From positions 99,560 to 163,559 of the forward strand of contig CAVHQU010000001.1 of the NCBI GenBank assembly GCA_963638555.1: a DNA stretch of 64,000 nucleotides, read 5' to 3'. The translations under genes and the position numbers were made by a program. Numbering within the stretch: position 1 is the stretch's first letter; each line of letters begins with the position of its first letter. Positions 16,980-26,636 of this stretch are shown here, piece after piece. Below the pieces are notes generated by a model. It ran no database searches. It worked only from the letters and a program-made list of their open reading frames with translations, and was not told the origin of the DNA. The stretch comes from a bacterium. Its GTDB lineage: Bacteria; Bacillota_I; Bacilli_A; RFN20; CAG-826.

Positions 16980-17687
16980 TTATAAATAGTATTTATTTAA
17001 GACTTTGAGGTCTTTTTCATCTAATTCGTAGACGAGTGGTTTTCCCGTTGGGATTTCAACAGAGATGATTTGTTCTGGTGTTAAGTTTTCTAACATCATA
17101 ACGATTGAACGTAAAGAGTTACCGTGAGCAGCAATTAAGACTTTCTTGCCGGCTTTGATTTCTGGGGCAATCTTTGTGTCGAAATATGGTTTAACACGAT
17201 TTGCTGTATCGATTAAGCATTCTGTTAATGGGCAATCTTCGATTGTCATTTCGCCTTTGGCAATTAATTCTTGGTATTTTGCTTGATTGCCTGGCCATCT
17301 TTCATCATCTTTTGTTAATGGAAGAGGTGGTACGTCAGCACTTCTTCTCCAAATATGAACTTGTTCTGCACCCCATTTTTCAGCAGATTCAGCTTTATTT
17401 AAACCTTGTAAGGCGCCATAGTGACGTTCATTTAATCTCCATGTATAGGACTTAGGAATGGATGTTTCTCCCATTTCTTCTAATGCGTAGTCCATTGTAT
17501 GATTTGCTCTCTTTAAAACAGAGCTGAATGCAAGATCAAAAGAATATCCTTTTTCTTTTAAGAGTTTTCCTGCTTCATGGGCTTCTTTAACGCCTTGTTC
17601 GCTAAGTTCGACATCTGTCCAACCAGTGAAAAGGTTTTTTAAATTCCACTCAGATTGACCATGTCTAATTAATACTAATTTGACCAT
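16980..17687 (-). CDS. gpmA: 2,3-bisphosphoglycerate-dependent phosphoglycerate mutase
   Basis: 235 aa with MVKLVLIRHGQSEWNLKNLFTGW..., RHYG and AAHGNSLR motifs. Confidence 0.95.
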   Translation of the reverse strand: MVKLVLIRHGQSEWNLKNLFTGWTDVELSEQGVKEAHEAGKLLKEKGYSFDLAFSSVLKRANHTMDYALEEMGETSIPKSYTWRLNERHYGALQGLNKAESAEKWGAEQVHIWRRSADVPPLPLTKDDERWPGNQAKYQELIAKGEMTIEDCPLTECLIDTANRVKPYFDTKIAPEIKAGKKVLIAAHGNSLRSIVMMLENLTPEQIISVEIPTGKPLVYELDEKDLKVLNKYYL

Positions 17688-17787
17688 TTAAAATTTTCCT
17701 TTCGTCAACATCAATTATTATAAACAAACTTTTTAATAAGATAAATTTCTTTTATTGAGATTAACGAATTACCTATATAATAGACGC

Positions 17788-18189
17788 ATGAAAAATAAAA
17801 TCTATCTCGCATCCGTAAACCCAAATGATCAATTCATTAAATCCCTGATAAAAGGCGATTTCGACGTTTCTCTAGCCAGAAAAGAAATTAACGATAACGA
17901 TTTGTATTTCTTAGATCTAACCGATGTTACACTGGATGAGCTCAATGGAAAATTCCCTTGGATCGAAAAAGAGTTAAAACACAGTCTTACTCCACACTTA
18001 AGAATTTTGCCTCTTCTTATATACGATTCCTCGAAAGAAGACCCATTCAAGAAATGGGAAAACGGTTCAAATGAAATATATGAAGAATTGTTTTCCGAAG
18101 AGTTTAAACCATTCGCCTATGACATAGCGAAAGCCGATTTATCTAACGAGGAATTAAAACACGTTTTGTCGTTATATTATGTCCGCTAA
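17788..18189 (+). CDS. hypothetical protein (133 aa)
   Basis: Start placed at ATG 17788, 6 nt after TATAAT (17776-17781); the track start at 17755 is a TTG. No family recognised. A strong terminator follows. Confidence 0.5.
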   Translation: MKNKIYLASVNPNDQFIKSLIKGDFDVSLARKEINDNDLYFLDLTDVTLDELNGKFPWIEKELKHSLTPHLRILPLLIYDSSKEDPFKKWENGSNEIYEELFSEEFKPFAYDIAKADLSNEELKHVLSLYYVR

Positions 18190-18197
18190 ATAATATT

Positions 18198-18228
18198 GAA
18201 GTTCCTACAATCGGGAACTTCTTTTTTT
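18198..18228 (+). terminator. rho-independent terminator
   Basis: Stem GAAGTTCC (18198-18205) / GGAACTTC (18214-18221), followed by T7. Confidence 0.8.
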
Positions 18229-18248
18229 AAAAATAGTGGATGCGTGTA

Positions 18249-19649
18249 TTAATTATCACGGATCAAATTAACATTTTCTTTTTTATAATTAGTCTCTTCA
18301 ACTAGCATTGGCAAATATAAGAAACAGAAATAAAGCATACCCATATATTCAAGGTAGGACATAGAATTGTTTTCCGTAAACGTTCGGCCTAGCAGGCATA
18401 AGTAAAGAAAAGCGTAGAATATAGCATGCTTGCTTTTTCTCATAAATGATTTCATGACAAGATAGATTCCAATCCCCCATACAAACAATCCATATGCCAT
18501 ACCAAATACACCGTTTTGAACAAGCATGAGCCCCCAAGCGTTATCTATGATTGGATATATGGTTGAATCACCATAATAAAATGCACCTAAAGCTGAATAT
18601 TCATTCCCATATCCAAAGCCAAAGAAAAAAGAAAATGTCCCATCACTGAGAACGGCGTCAACTGGCAACGTCCAGGATATCTCCCTAGATTGCATTGATG
18701 TCTTAAACATTTTGAAAAGTTCGTTCTTTAAAAAAGCTGAATAATTTGTAATGCATTCGAATGGAGTATTTCTAAAATCAGCAAATAAGCAAATTAAAAT
18801 AATTATGCATGAAATACAGGTATAGATTATCAAAAATAAGGCATGCGTGTAGTTGTTTTGCCTAATACTTATGATTAAGGAATGGACAAAAATATAAACA
18901 ATAAAGAAAGCACCAAGAATCATGCAAGTCTTAGAAAAGGTAAAAAATTGCTGAAGCAAGAAAATCGACATTATCGGAAGCCTTCTCCAATGAGGTTTTT
19001 CAAGTTCTAAAAAGCCTTCAGAAACCATACCAAGGAACAACAGAAATCCATAAATGTTTCTGTGGGCAGTGTAGCTTCTTGGAACATTAATCGCATAGGA
19101 CTCTTGATTGGCTTTATTAGTAAAGAAATCTACATATATTTGACGTTCAAAAATCAAGGAATATATAAGTGCGACGCTAGCTACTGCTACCCCTAAATAA
19201 AACACAAGACGAATAGCATTAATTTCAGCAACGAACTTAGGAATGATTGTAATTGACACATACAACGAACCAAATATAATCAAAGATAACAAAATACATC
19301 TGAGTTTACTTATCCAATCTATTTGTCCAATTGTATTTTCCTGAAAACTAAGACCGTTGTAACCAAGAATTGAGACAATCGAAGTCAAAAAGAAAAACAT
19401 CAATATTACAAGAAGCCATTTATTGGTTTTAATTTTAAAGGAAGACTTGACTGCATAAATCAAAACACAAACTTCAAGGCAAATAATCAATGATGCACCA
19501 ACGAAAAATTCTGTGTTGTTAAAGTACCTATCATTATTGCTAAAGAAGGATGCACGTCCATTAAGGAAATAAGCGGTTGCACACAAAAAGAGTGTCACTA
19601 ATGTCAAAACAAAAATATCTTTTCTTCTTTCCCTTAGCTTATCTATCAT
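18249..19649 (-). CDS. large polytopic membrane protein, possibly O-antigen ligase/polymerase-like
   Basis: 466 aa with at least 10 predicted TM segments. The family guess rests on architecture only. Confidence 0.45.
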   Translation of the reverse strand: MIDKLRERRKDIFVLTLVTLFLCATAYFLNGRASFFSNNDRYFNNTEFFVGASLIICLEVCVLIYAVKSSFKIKTNKWLLVILMFFFLTSIVSILGYNGLSFQENTIGQIDWISKLRCILLSLIIFGSLYVSITIIPKFVAEINAIRLVFYLGVAVASVALIYSLIFERQIYVDFFTNKANQESYAINVPRSYTAHRNIYGFLLFLGMVSEGFLELEKPHWRRLPIMSIFLLQQFFTFSKTCMILGAFFIVYIFVHSLIISIRQNNYTHALFLIIYTCISCIIILICLFADFRNTPFECITNYSAFLKNELFKMFKTSMQSREISWTLPVDAVLSDGTFSFFFGFGYGNEYSALGAFYYGDSTIYPIIDNAWGLMLVQNGVFGMAYGLFVWGIGIYLVMKSFMRKSKHAIFYAFLYLCLLGRTFTENNSMSYLEYMGMLYFCFLYLPMLVEETNYKKENVNLIRDN

Positions 19650-19651
19650 AC

Positions 19652-20554
19652 TTACTCAGCAGTTAAGAAATCAGAAAGAACCTTATAAACCAAATCTTTA
19701 TCTTTTTCGTTATGAATTTCGTGACGCATATTAGGGAACATAAAGATTGTGACATCTTCAACACCAAGTTTGTTATACATCTTTTTCAACCTTCTTGGAC
19801 CTTTTCCCATTTCTCCTACAGGATCATCTTCTCCTGAAACAATGAGAATTCTTTCTTTCTTAGAAATCTTTTTTAAATTCTTTTTCTTATAGAGTTCATT
19901 TTCGCCACGAAGGAACTCTTTCCAAAAACCATGAGTATTGTCAGCTCCACAATAAGGATCATTTATATATTCCTTAACGTTGTCTTCGTTTGCTGAAAGC
20001 CAATCCAAATCAGTTTTTCTATTTTTTACCGATTTTATATAACTCCCAAAAGCTGCGTTAGTAATGAACTTAGAAGGCTTATCCCAATTTTTCTTTGTGG
20101 TAAGTAATGAGGCCAAAAGAAAGGAAACAAGCATCTTCATTCTGCATGGACCATTAGATCCCCAAATTACAACTTTGTCAGCAGAGTTTGGAAAAAGTTC
20201 TAAATATCTTTGCGTCATAAAAGATCCCATTGAATGCCCCATAATATAAGTAGGAAGCTTAGTCTCATTTTTGAGTTCAATAACTTTTTCATGAGCCACA
20301 GAAACATTAGTATCGAAAGCACCTTTAAACCACTTCTGCTGATCTTCGACTTTTGGAGCATTTAATCCTTGTCCAACGGCATCAAGCACATACATCGAAA
20401 TACCAAAATCATTTAAATATTTTGCCATATCGTCATAACGTTCAGAATGTTCTTGCATACCTGTCATCATAACAAGATTGGCTTTAGGTGAATTGGCTAT
20501 CCAACAATTTCCTTTTTGAGTCCAATCTCCAACTTTAACGCTAAATGGTTCCAT
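19652..20554 (-). CDS. alpha/beta hydrolase (lysophospholipase / monoacylglycerol lipase-like)
   Basis: 300 aa with nucleophile elbow GHSMGS and late Asp/His (GEDDP, RHEIHNE). AAGGAG SD is present. Confidence 0.8.
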   Translation of the reverse strand: MEPFSVKVGDWTQKGNCWIANSPKANLVMMTGMQEHSERYDDMAKYLNDFGISMYVLDAVGQGLNAPKVEDQQKWFKGAFDTNVSVAHEKVIELKNETKLPTYIMGHSMGSFMTQRYLELFPNSADKVVIWGSNGPCRMKMLVSFLLASLLTTKKNWDKPSKFITNAAFGSYIKSVKNRKTDLDWLSANEDNVKEYINDPYCGADNTHGFWKEFLRGENELYKKKNLKKISKKERILIVSGEDDPVGEMGKGPRRLKKMYNKLGVEDVTIFMFPNMRHEIHNEKDKDLVYKVLSDFLTAE

Positions 20555-20744
20555 AGAATTTTCTCCTTTAGTAGTAACCTATGAGTTTCTTTATAAAGAT
20601 TATACAACTTATTTGTCATCATTACATTCTCACTGTTGCGATCATCATTTTAAAAAGTGTATAGCGTATGTATATCTTTTTTATGTTTTTATTATTGTTT
20701 GTATAGCGTATTGCTAGTATATTTATTGTTATAGAGGCAATTTT

Positions 20745-20951
20745 ATGGAAAAAACTATTATTACAGTGCGAATTGATGACAATCTAAAAAACGATGCTCA
20801 AAAGCTCTTTAATGACATCGGCATATCAATGAGTACCGCCATAAACATCTTTCTGAAGCAATGTGTTAAGGAAGGAAAGATACCATTTGAGCTTGCTGGA
20901 AAGCCTAAAACCTCAAATGCTGGTAGAAAAATCAAGCCTTTGCATAGTTAA
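20745..20951 (+). CDS. RelB/DinJ-family type II antitoxin with no adjacent toxin gene
   Basis: 68 aa. VRIDDNLKNDAQKLFNDIGISMSTAINIFLKQCVKEGKIPFEL is the DinJ ribbon-helix-helix pattern. A terminator follows immediately. Confidence 0.8.
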   Translation: MEKTIITVRIDDNLKNDAQKLFNDIGISMSTAINIFLKQCVKEGKIPFELAGKPKTSNAGRKIKPLHS

Positions 20952-20958
20952 ATCTAAA

Positions 20959-20998
20959 AGAAAAAGCAGGCATAATATCGATAATGCCTGCTTTTTTG
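20959..20998. terminator. bidirectional terminator between the dinJ-like gene and galE
   Basis: Stem AGCAGGCAT (20965-20973) / ATGCCTGCT (20984-20992), flanked by A5 and T6. Confidence 0.8.
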
Positions 20999-21026
20999 TT
21001 TATTTTTGAATAATCTTGTTTTTTTC

Positions 21027-22043
21027 CTATTTTATGCCATCTGGGTTATTCTTTTGGAAGTTATATGCATCTCTGCATGCATCTTCGATGGTAAATTTCG
21101 CTTTCCAGTGGAGTTCTTTTTCGGCTTTTTGACAATCAGCATAATTTTCAGCAACGTCACCTGCACGTCTAGGGCCAATAACATAAGGAATCTTTATACC
21201 ATTAACTTTTTCAAAAGCCTTAACCAATTCTAGAACAGAAGTTCCTTTGCCAGTTCCTAAGTTATATACGACATAACCTGGCTTTTCTTCGAGTTTTTTG
21301 AGTGCAGCAACGTGGCCATTAGCTAAATCAACAACATGAATGTAGTCACGAACGCCAGTGCCATCAGGTGTTGGATAATCGTCGCCAAAAACATTCAAAT
21401 GATCGCGTTTTCCGACAGCAACTTGAGAAATATAAGGCATTAAATTATTAGGAATATCGTTTGGATCTTCGCCCAATAGGCCTGATGGATGCCCACCAAT
21501 TGGGTTAAAATAACGAAGAATTCCTACATTCAAGGATTTTTCAGCAAATTGAATATCCTTAAGGATTCTTTCAATCATGACTTTAGTTTCACCATATGGA
21601 TTTGTGGCTTCTGCAACAGGGTCCGATTCATAAAGAGGGACACGTGTAGGAACGCCATAAACAGTCGCGCTAGAAGAGAAAATAATATTTTTCACACCAT
21701 ATTTTTTCATCAACTTCGCAATCACCAATAAAGTTTCTAAATTGTTTTCGTAATATTCAATTGGTTTTGCAACCGATTCGCCAACTGCCTTGTAACCAGC
21801 AAAATGAATAACGGCATCAATTTGATTTTCTTTAAAAACTCTCTCGGTCTCAAATTCATTTTTGCAGTCAATTTGATAGAATTTTGGCTTTGTTCCAGTA
21901 ATCGTTTCAATACGATCCAAAACAGCTAATTTAGCATTATATAAATCGTCAACGATAATTGGTTCATAGCCATTTTCGATAAGACATATCGTGGTTTCAG
22001 ACCCAATAAAACCTAAACCACCTGTTACTAAGATTTTCTTCAT
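21027..22043 (-). CDS. galE: UDP-glucose 4-epimerase
   Basis: 338 aa with MKKILVTGGLGFIGS (Rossmann), YGETK (YxxxK) and an overall GalE pattern. Confidence 0.93.
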   Translation of the reverse strand: MKKILVTGGLGFIGSETTICLIENGYEPIIVDDLYNAKLAVLDRIETITGTKPKFYQIDCKNEFETERVFKENQIDAVIHFAGYKAVGESVAKPIEYYENNLETLLVIAKLMKKYGVKNIIFSSSATVYGVPTRVPLYESDPVAEATNPYGETKVMIERILKDIQFAEKSLNVGILRYFNPIGGHPSGLLGEDPNDIPNNLMPYISQVAVGKRDHLNVFGDDYPTPDGTGVRDYIHVVDLANGHVAALKKLEEKPGYVVYNLGTGKGTSVLELVKAFEKVNGIKIPYVIGPRRAGDVAENYADCQKAEKELHWKAKFTIEDACRDAYNFQKNNPDGIK

Positions 22044-22765
22044 TTCTTTTCACTCCCTTTTTCTTTCTTATTAGCTTTTTTTGCTTCCTTTTCGGCCTCT
22101 TTTTTCGCTTTCTTTTCTTTATGTTTTTCTTCAGATTCTTCTTTCTTTTTGGCTTTTTTATCAACCTCTTCGGATTTTTTGCATTCCTCCAAGTAACGAT
22201 ATAAAGCTTGAGAAACAGATTGATAAACACTAGCTTGAATAGACATTCTAAAGGCAATTAAACCAATAGAATCATCGAAATATTGTTCAGCTTTTTCTTG
22301 ATCTTCAAGTTTTTCTTTTTCGTAATTTTCCTCAAATCTATCTACTCTAGCCTTAGCTCTACCAGCAACATCTTTAAATATATCCGCAGACATACTCTTA
22401 AAAAATCTATAAAGTACAGCCTTATCAGAGGTAACGTCTTTATCCATATCTATAATAAGAGATAAGTCGTTCATATTAACAACGTTTTTCAATAAAGATA
22501 TGGCCAAAAGATATCCTAAATGGTCAACGTTGTATTTTTTCTTGTTAGGTTCGGAAATTATCTTCGCCTTAACATAGTTATTGACCATAAAAGAGGTGAG
22601 CTTTTGCTTATCTGAAGTAGATAGGGGTTCAAGAATAGAGTTAACATAAGAAACCACCTGTTCCATATATAAAGGAACAGTTGGCAAATGATCATAAGTC
22701 GGAAGTTCGAAATTTTCCGCCTTATCTAGATATTCTTTTAATTTAGTTAACTCTTCAGTTTTCAT
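22040..22765 (-). CDS. DUF1836-like protein with a Lys/Glu-rich C-terminal tail
   Basis: LPTVPLYMEQVVSYVN....LTSFMVNNYVKAKII..P.KKKYNVDHL matches my memory of DUF1836. The last ~45 aa are K/E repeats. ATGA overlaps occur at both ends (gatB stop, galE start). Confidence 0.55.
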   Translation of the reverse strand: MKTEELTKLKEYLDKAENFELPTYDHLPTVPLYMEQVVSYVNSILEPLSTSDKQKLTSFMVNNYVKAKIISEPNKKKYNVDHLGYLLAISLLKNVVNMNDLSLIIDMDKDVTSDKAVLYRFFKSMSADIFKDVAGRAKARVDRFEENYEKEKLEDQEKAEQYFDDSIGLIAFRMSIQASVYQSVSQALYRYLEECKKSEEVDKKAKKKEESEEKHKEKKAKKEAEKEAKKANKKEKGSEKK

Positions 22766-24189
22766 CTTTTGTTTAATTCCTGATTCAATATTTTAGAAAC
22801 TTCAGCTGGATTAACTTTGCCCTTGCTTGCTTTCATGATCTGTCCAACCAAGAAGCCTAAAACTCTTTGATTTCCAGCTTTGTAATCAATTATAGATTGT
22901 GGATTTTTGTCGAGAACTTCGTTAACAAAGGTAAGAATTGTACCAGTATCGGAAACTTGAGCAACGATATTTAAGGCTTTCTTCGCCTCCTCAGGAGTAC
23001 ATCCATCAGAGAGGACCTTATTTAAAATGTCCACGCATTGTTTATGTGTTAAGCCACCTTTTTCTTGATAAGAAACAATTTCTCCTAAAGTTATAGGAGA
23101 TAATTTAAGCTGATCAATCGTGATTTCTTCTTTATTTAAATATGTATTAATCTCAACGATTAAGAAATTAGCTAAGTTTTTAGCATTTGTTACTTTCTCT
23201 AAACCAGCTTCGAAATATGCGGCCATCTTTGGATTAGAAAGAATAACTGTTGCATCAGTATCGGAAAGGCCTGCTTTGAGGTATCTTTCTTTCTTTGAAT
23301 CATACAATTCTGGACATGTTTCAATAGCGTTTTGAACAAATTCATCAGACAAATGAATTGGTGTGATATTTGGTTCGCAGAAATATTTGTAATCAACAGC
23401 ATCTGTCTTTACACGCATAAGAATCGTGCGTCCGCTTGCTTCATCCCAACGTCTTGTTTCTTGTTGAATCTTGATTCCTTGCAAAAGCAACTCGGATTGG
23501 CGTTTGATTTCATATTCAATTGCTAATTCAACATTTTTGAAGGAGTTGATATTTTTAATTTCAACCTTTGTTCCAAATTCTTTTTGGCCATATGGACGAA
23601 TGGAGACGTTAGTATCACATCTCATGGAACCTTCTTCCATTTTGCCATCACTTGTTCCTGAATAAACGACGATATTTCTAATTGCTTCAGCGTATTCTCT
23701 AGCTTCAACGCCGTTAGAAATCTCAGGTAAAGAAACAATTTCGCAAAGTGGAACGCCAGCACGGTTGTAGTCTAGTAAAGAATAATCCATGAAGTGTTCT
23801 TGCTTGCATGTATCTTCTTCCATATGAATTCTTTCAATTCCAATACGTTTTGGCCCGTTTGGAGTAGCAACCATAACATATCCATTTTTACCAATAGGTC
23901 TTCTTTGCTGGGTGATTTGAAATCCCTTTGGAAGATCTGAATAGAAATAGTTTTTACGATCAAAATAGAGAGTATGATCAATCTCCATATGAAGAGCATT
24001 TGCTACACGTATAGCATTAATGACTGCTTGCTTATTTACAACAGGCATAGCACCAGGAAAGCCTAAATCGAGGGGAGACGTCTGTGTGTTTGGCTCACGC
24101 GAAAATGAATTTGGGGAAGCAGAAAACATTTTTGATTTCGTTTTTTGCTGAACGTGAATTTCAAGACCGATTACAGCTTCAAAGTTCAT
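22762..24189 (-). CDS. gatB: Asp/Glu-tRNA amidotransferase subunit B
   Basis: 475 aa, MNFEAVIGLEIHVQ..., full-length GatB pattern. Confidence 0.97.
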   Translation of the reverse strand: MNFEAVIGLEIHVQQKTKSKMFSASPNSFSREPNTQTSPLDLGFPGAMPVVNKQAVINAIRVANALHMEIDHTLYFDRKNYFYSDLPKGFQITQQRRPIGKNGYVMVATPNGPKRIGIERIHMEEDTCKQEHFMDYSLLDYNRAGVPLCEIVSLPEISNGVEAREYAEAIRNIVVYSGTSDGKMEEGSMRCDTNVSIRPYGQKEFGTKVEIKNINSFKNVELAIEYEIKRQSELLLQGIKIQQETRRWDEASGRTILMRVKTDAVDYKYFCEPNITPIHLSDEFVQNAIETCPELYDSKKERYLKAGLSDTDATVILSNPKMAAYFEAGLEKVTNAKNLANFLIVEINTYLNKEEITIDQLKLSPITLGEIVSYQEKGGLTHKQCVDILNKVLSDGCTPEEAKKALNIVAQVSDTGTILTFVNEVLDKNPQSIIDYKAGNQRVLGFLVGQIMKASKGKVNPAEVSKILNQELNKR

Positions 24190-25655
24190 AAATTTCCCTC
24201 CTTTTTATTATTAACAGTTAAGTTGGCTAAGCCAGATATATTTTCAAATGCATACGAGATTTGGAATAGCTTCTTTTCTTCAAAGGCTCTACCCATAAAG
24301 TTAACGCCAATTGGCATTCCCTCTTGGAGACAAAGAGGCAATGTTATGGATGGAAGTCCAGCAAAGTTTCCTAAGCAAAGATGGTTATCTGCAAGTAAAT
24401 ATTCGTCAGATAAGCGATCGGATGAATTGTCAAATTTAGGCGCGATATTTGGTGCAGCTGGAAGATAGATGAAATCATGATCTTTTAAGATGTTATTAAC
24501 AGTTTCAACAATCTTCGCTCTATTTCTTTGAGCACGTAAGAATAATTCGTCTTGATTTTCGGCCATCAAGCAATATGAGCCAATGACGAAACGACGTTTA
24601 ATTAACTCAGAGAATCCTTCATTACGGGCGTTGAACATAACTTCTTGATATGTTTTTCCACCTTTGAATGGGCCAAATTTGATACCATCAAGATTTGCAT
24701 CATTTGACGTTGCTTCAGCGCATGAAATAACCATATATGTCGCATATAAAGATTCGAGCAACTTAACATCGAAGTTTACAAAATCAACAATGACACCTTT
24801 TTCTTTTAATTTCTCAATTGACGCGTCGAAATGCTTTAAAAGTTCTTTGTTTGTAATTGAATCATAAATTTCTTTAATGACTGCAACCTTCATTCCTGAA
24901 ACTGGTTTTTCTAAATCCTCGGTATAGTCTTCAACAGACTTTGTGGATGATGTTGAATCGTTTAAATCGCGACCAGCTAGAACGTTTAATAAAGCCGCAG
25001 ATGCATACACGTCCCTCGTAAAATAGCCAACATGGTCTAATGATGGCGCGAACGGGAATAAGCCATAACGAGAAATTCTTCCCCAAGTTGGTTTCATGCC
25101 AACAAGGCCAGCAAAGGAAGCCGGTTTGCGAACGGAATCGCCCGTATCAGATCCCAAAGCGAAAGGAACAATGTCAGCTGCGACAGAAACTGCAGATCCG
25201 CATGATGAACCGCCAACTTGACGAGTATGAGTTGGATCATAAGGATTATACGTCTTGCCTAAATGACCTGTTGTACCTGTGCCGCCCATTGCTAATTCAT
25301 CTAAAGTGGATTTGGCAATCATGACAGCTTTTGCATCATTTAATTTGTTAATAACTGTAGCGTTAAAAACAGGAACATATCCATTTAAAATATTGCTTGA
25401 TGCAGTTGTAGGAATATCTTTCGTTGAAAAATTATCCTTTGCAACATAAGGGATTCCCCAGAAAATATTGTTTTCTTCCGGTTCAGTAAGGGTAGAAGCA
25501 AAAGCAATAGCGCCTTCATCATTTATAAATTCAAACGCGTTATCTTTATTTTCATGTGCTCTCTTCAATGCTTCTTTTGTTAATTCGAGAGGTGAGACCT
25601 TTTTAGCCACTAATGCTTCATGCATTTCTTTAAGCGATAAATCTAAATAACTCAT
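24186..25655 (-). CDS. gatA: Asp/Glu-tRNA amidotransferase subunit A
   Basis: 489 aa with the amidase signature GGSSCGSAVSVAA...GSDTGDSVRKPASF. Confidence 0.97.
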   Translation of the reverse strand: MSYLDLSLKEMHEALVAKKVSPLELTKEALKRAHENKDNAFEFINDEGAIAFASTLTEPEENNIFWGIPYVAKDNFSTKDIPTTASSNILNGYVPVFNATVINKLNDAKAVMIAKSTLDELAMGGTGTTGHLGKTYNPYDPTHTRQVGGSSCGSAVSVAADIVPFALGSDTGDSVRKPASFAGLVGMKPTWGRISRYGLFPFAPSLDHVGYFTRDVYASAALLNVLAGRDLNDSTSSTKSVEDYTEDLEKPVSGMKVAVIKEIYDSITNKELLKHFDASIEKLKEKGVIVDFVNFDVKLLESLYATYMVISCAEATSNDANLDGIKFGPFKGGKTYQEVMFNARNEGFSELIKRRFVIGSYCLMAENQDELFLRAQRNRAKIVETVNNILKDHDFIYLPAAPNIAPKFDNSSDRLSDEYLLADNHLCLGNFAGLPSITLPLCLQEGMPIGVNFMGRAFEEKKLFQISYAFENISGLANLTVNNKKEGNL

Positions 25656-25948
25656 AAAACAACCTTTGGTAACTTAACTTGATTATCTTGCTTGTTGCCA
25701 GCATTCTTTAAAGCGACGTCTCTTGCTAAAGGTTCAGCTGGTTCATCTTCACGAAGGAAAGATGTTTCACAATCAAATGGAAATGTCATTGGTTCATATT
25801 GATCCAAATCTGAAATTTCACCAATCTTGTCCATTTGTTTGATTAATGTCTTGAATTCGTCTTCTAGAGTCGCATATTGCTCATCCGACATTGTGAAAAG
25901 CAATCTATTAGCGGCGTCTGTTAATACTTCTCTTGTAATTTTTTTCAT
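25652..25948 (-). CDS. gatC: Asp/Glu-tRNA amidotransferase subunit C
   Basis: 98 aa, overlapping the gatA start. ...LREDEP... is typical of the GatC C-terminus. Confidence 0.9.
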   Translation of the reverse strand: MKKITREVLTDAANRLLFTMSDEQYATLEDEFKTLIKQMDKIGEISDLDQYEPMTFPFDCETSFLREDEPAEPLARDVALKNAGNKQDNQVKLPKVVL

Positions 25949-26002
25949 AATCTAACACCCAAAAAATGTTAACACTTTCAAGTAAGCATATAAAGCATAT
26001 TA

Positions 26003-26025
26003 AGAAAAAACACCTTTTAAGGTGT
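26003..26025 (-). terminator. rho-independent terminator closing the accessory islet
   Basis: Stem ACACCT (26010-26015) / AGGTGT (26020-26025), followed on the minus strand by T6. Confidence 0.6.
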
Positions 26026-26060
26026 AAATAACTTTTTATTTCGCAATGTACACAAGGACT

Positions 26061-26631
26061 TCAACTCTCAATTTTGTAAAATCTATCAAAACGAATGGTC
26101 ACAATATCATCATCATAACTAATTGTCCCGTAATTGGAAAAAGATTCAAAAATATTAGAATCAGCATCGATAAATTCTAAGGTAAATGACGCCGATGAAT
26201 ATTTGTTTTCGAACAAAGATGCCGGAATCATGTCTGAAAAAATTATAACTTCCTTTGCCATGTAGGTATATTGACCACTTTTGCCGCCAAAGTCAAACCA
26301 GTCATCATTGTAATATCCTTGATATTTAGAACTACAACAATTTAGCACTTGATAGAAGGAAAAAAGCGTTATTGTTCAATCCATAAAAATTTAAATAAAT
26401 ATTAGCACGCCATCCCTCTTCTACAAATAAGCAGCAATAGTCAAAAGAAGAATTTAAATACCCGTCTTCCTTGTATGAAAAGCTCCTACGGCATTGCCCT
26501 TTGTCACTTCTTTTTGTTGCTCCGGCATTAGTTAAAAAGAAATAGTCATCTAAATATGCATCCATTGTTTTTGGACAAGATCTCAACAGTATGGAACTAA
26601 GCAAAGGCAGTAAACGTATTATCTTTTTCAT
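26061..26631 (-). pseudogene. lipoprotein-like gene split by a frameshift at a T6 tract
   Basis: ORF 26332-26631 starts MKKIIRLLPLLSSILLRSC (signal-peptide/lipobox-like). ORF 26061-26348 continues in another frame that is open from 26375. The frames overlap around the A6/T6 run at 26360-26365. Confidence 0.45.
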
Positions 26632-26636
26632 AAAAA

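Noticed and set aside
21997-22257. 86-aa Lys-rich ORF overlapping the galE start and the DUF1836-like gene end.
   Set aside because: It is an alternate frame of the K/E-repeat coding region (AAG/AAA/GAA-rich DNA is open in several frames). There is no independent start signal.
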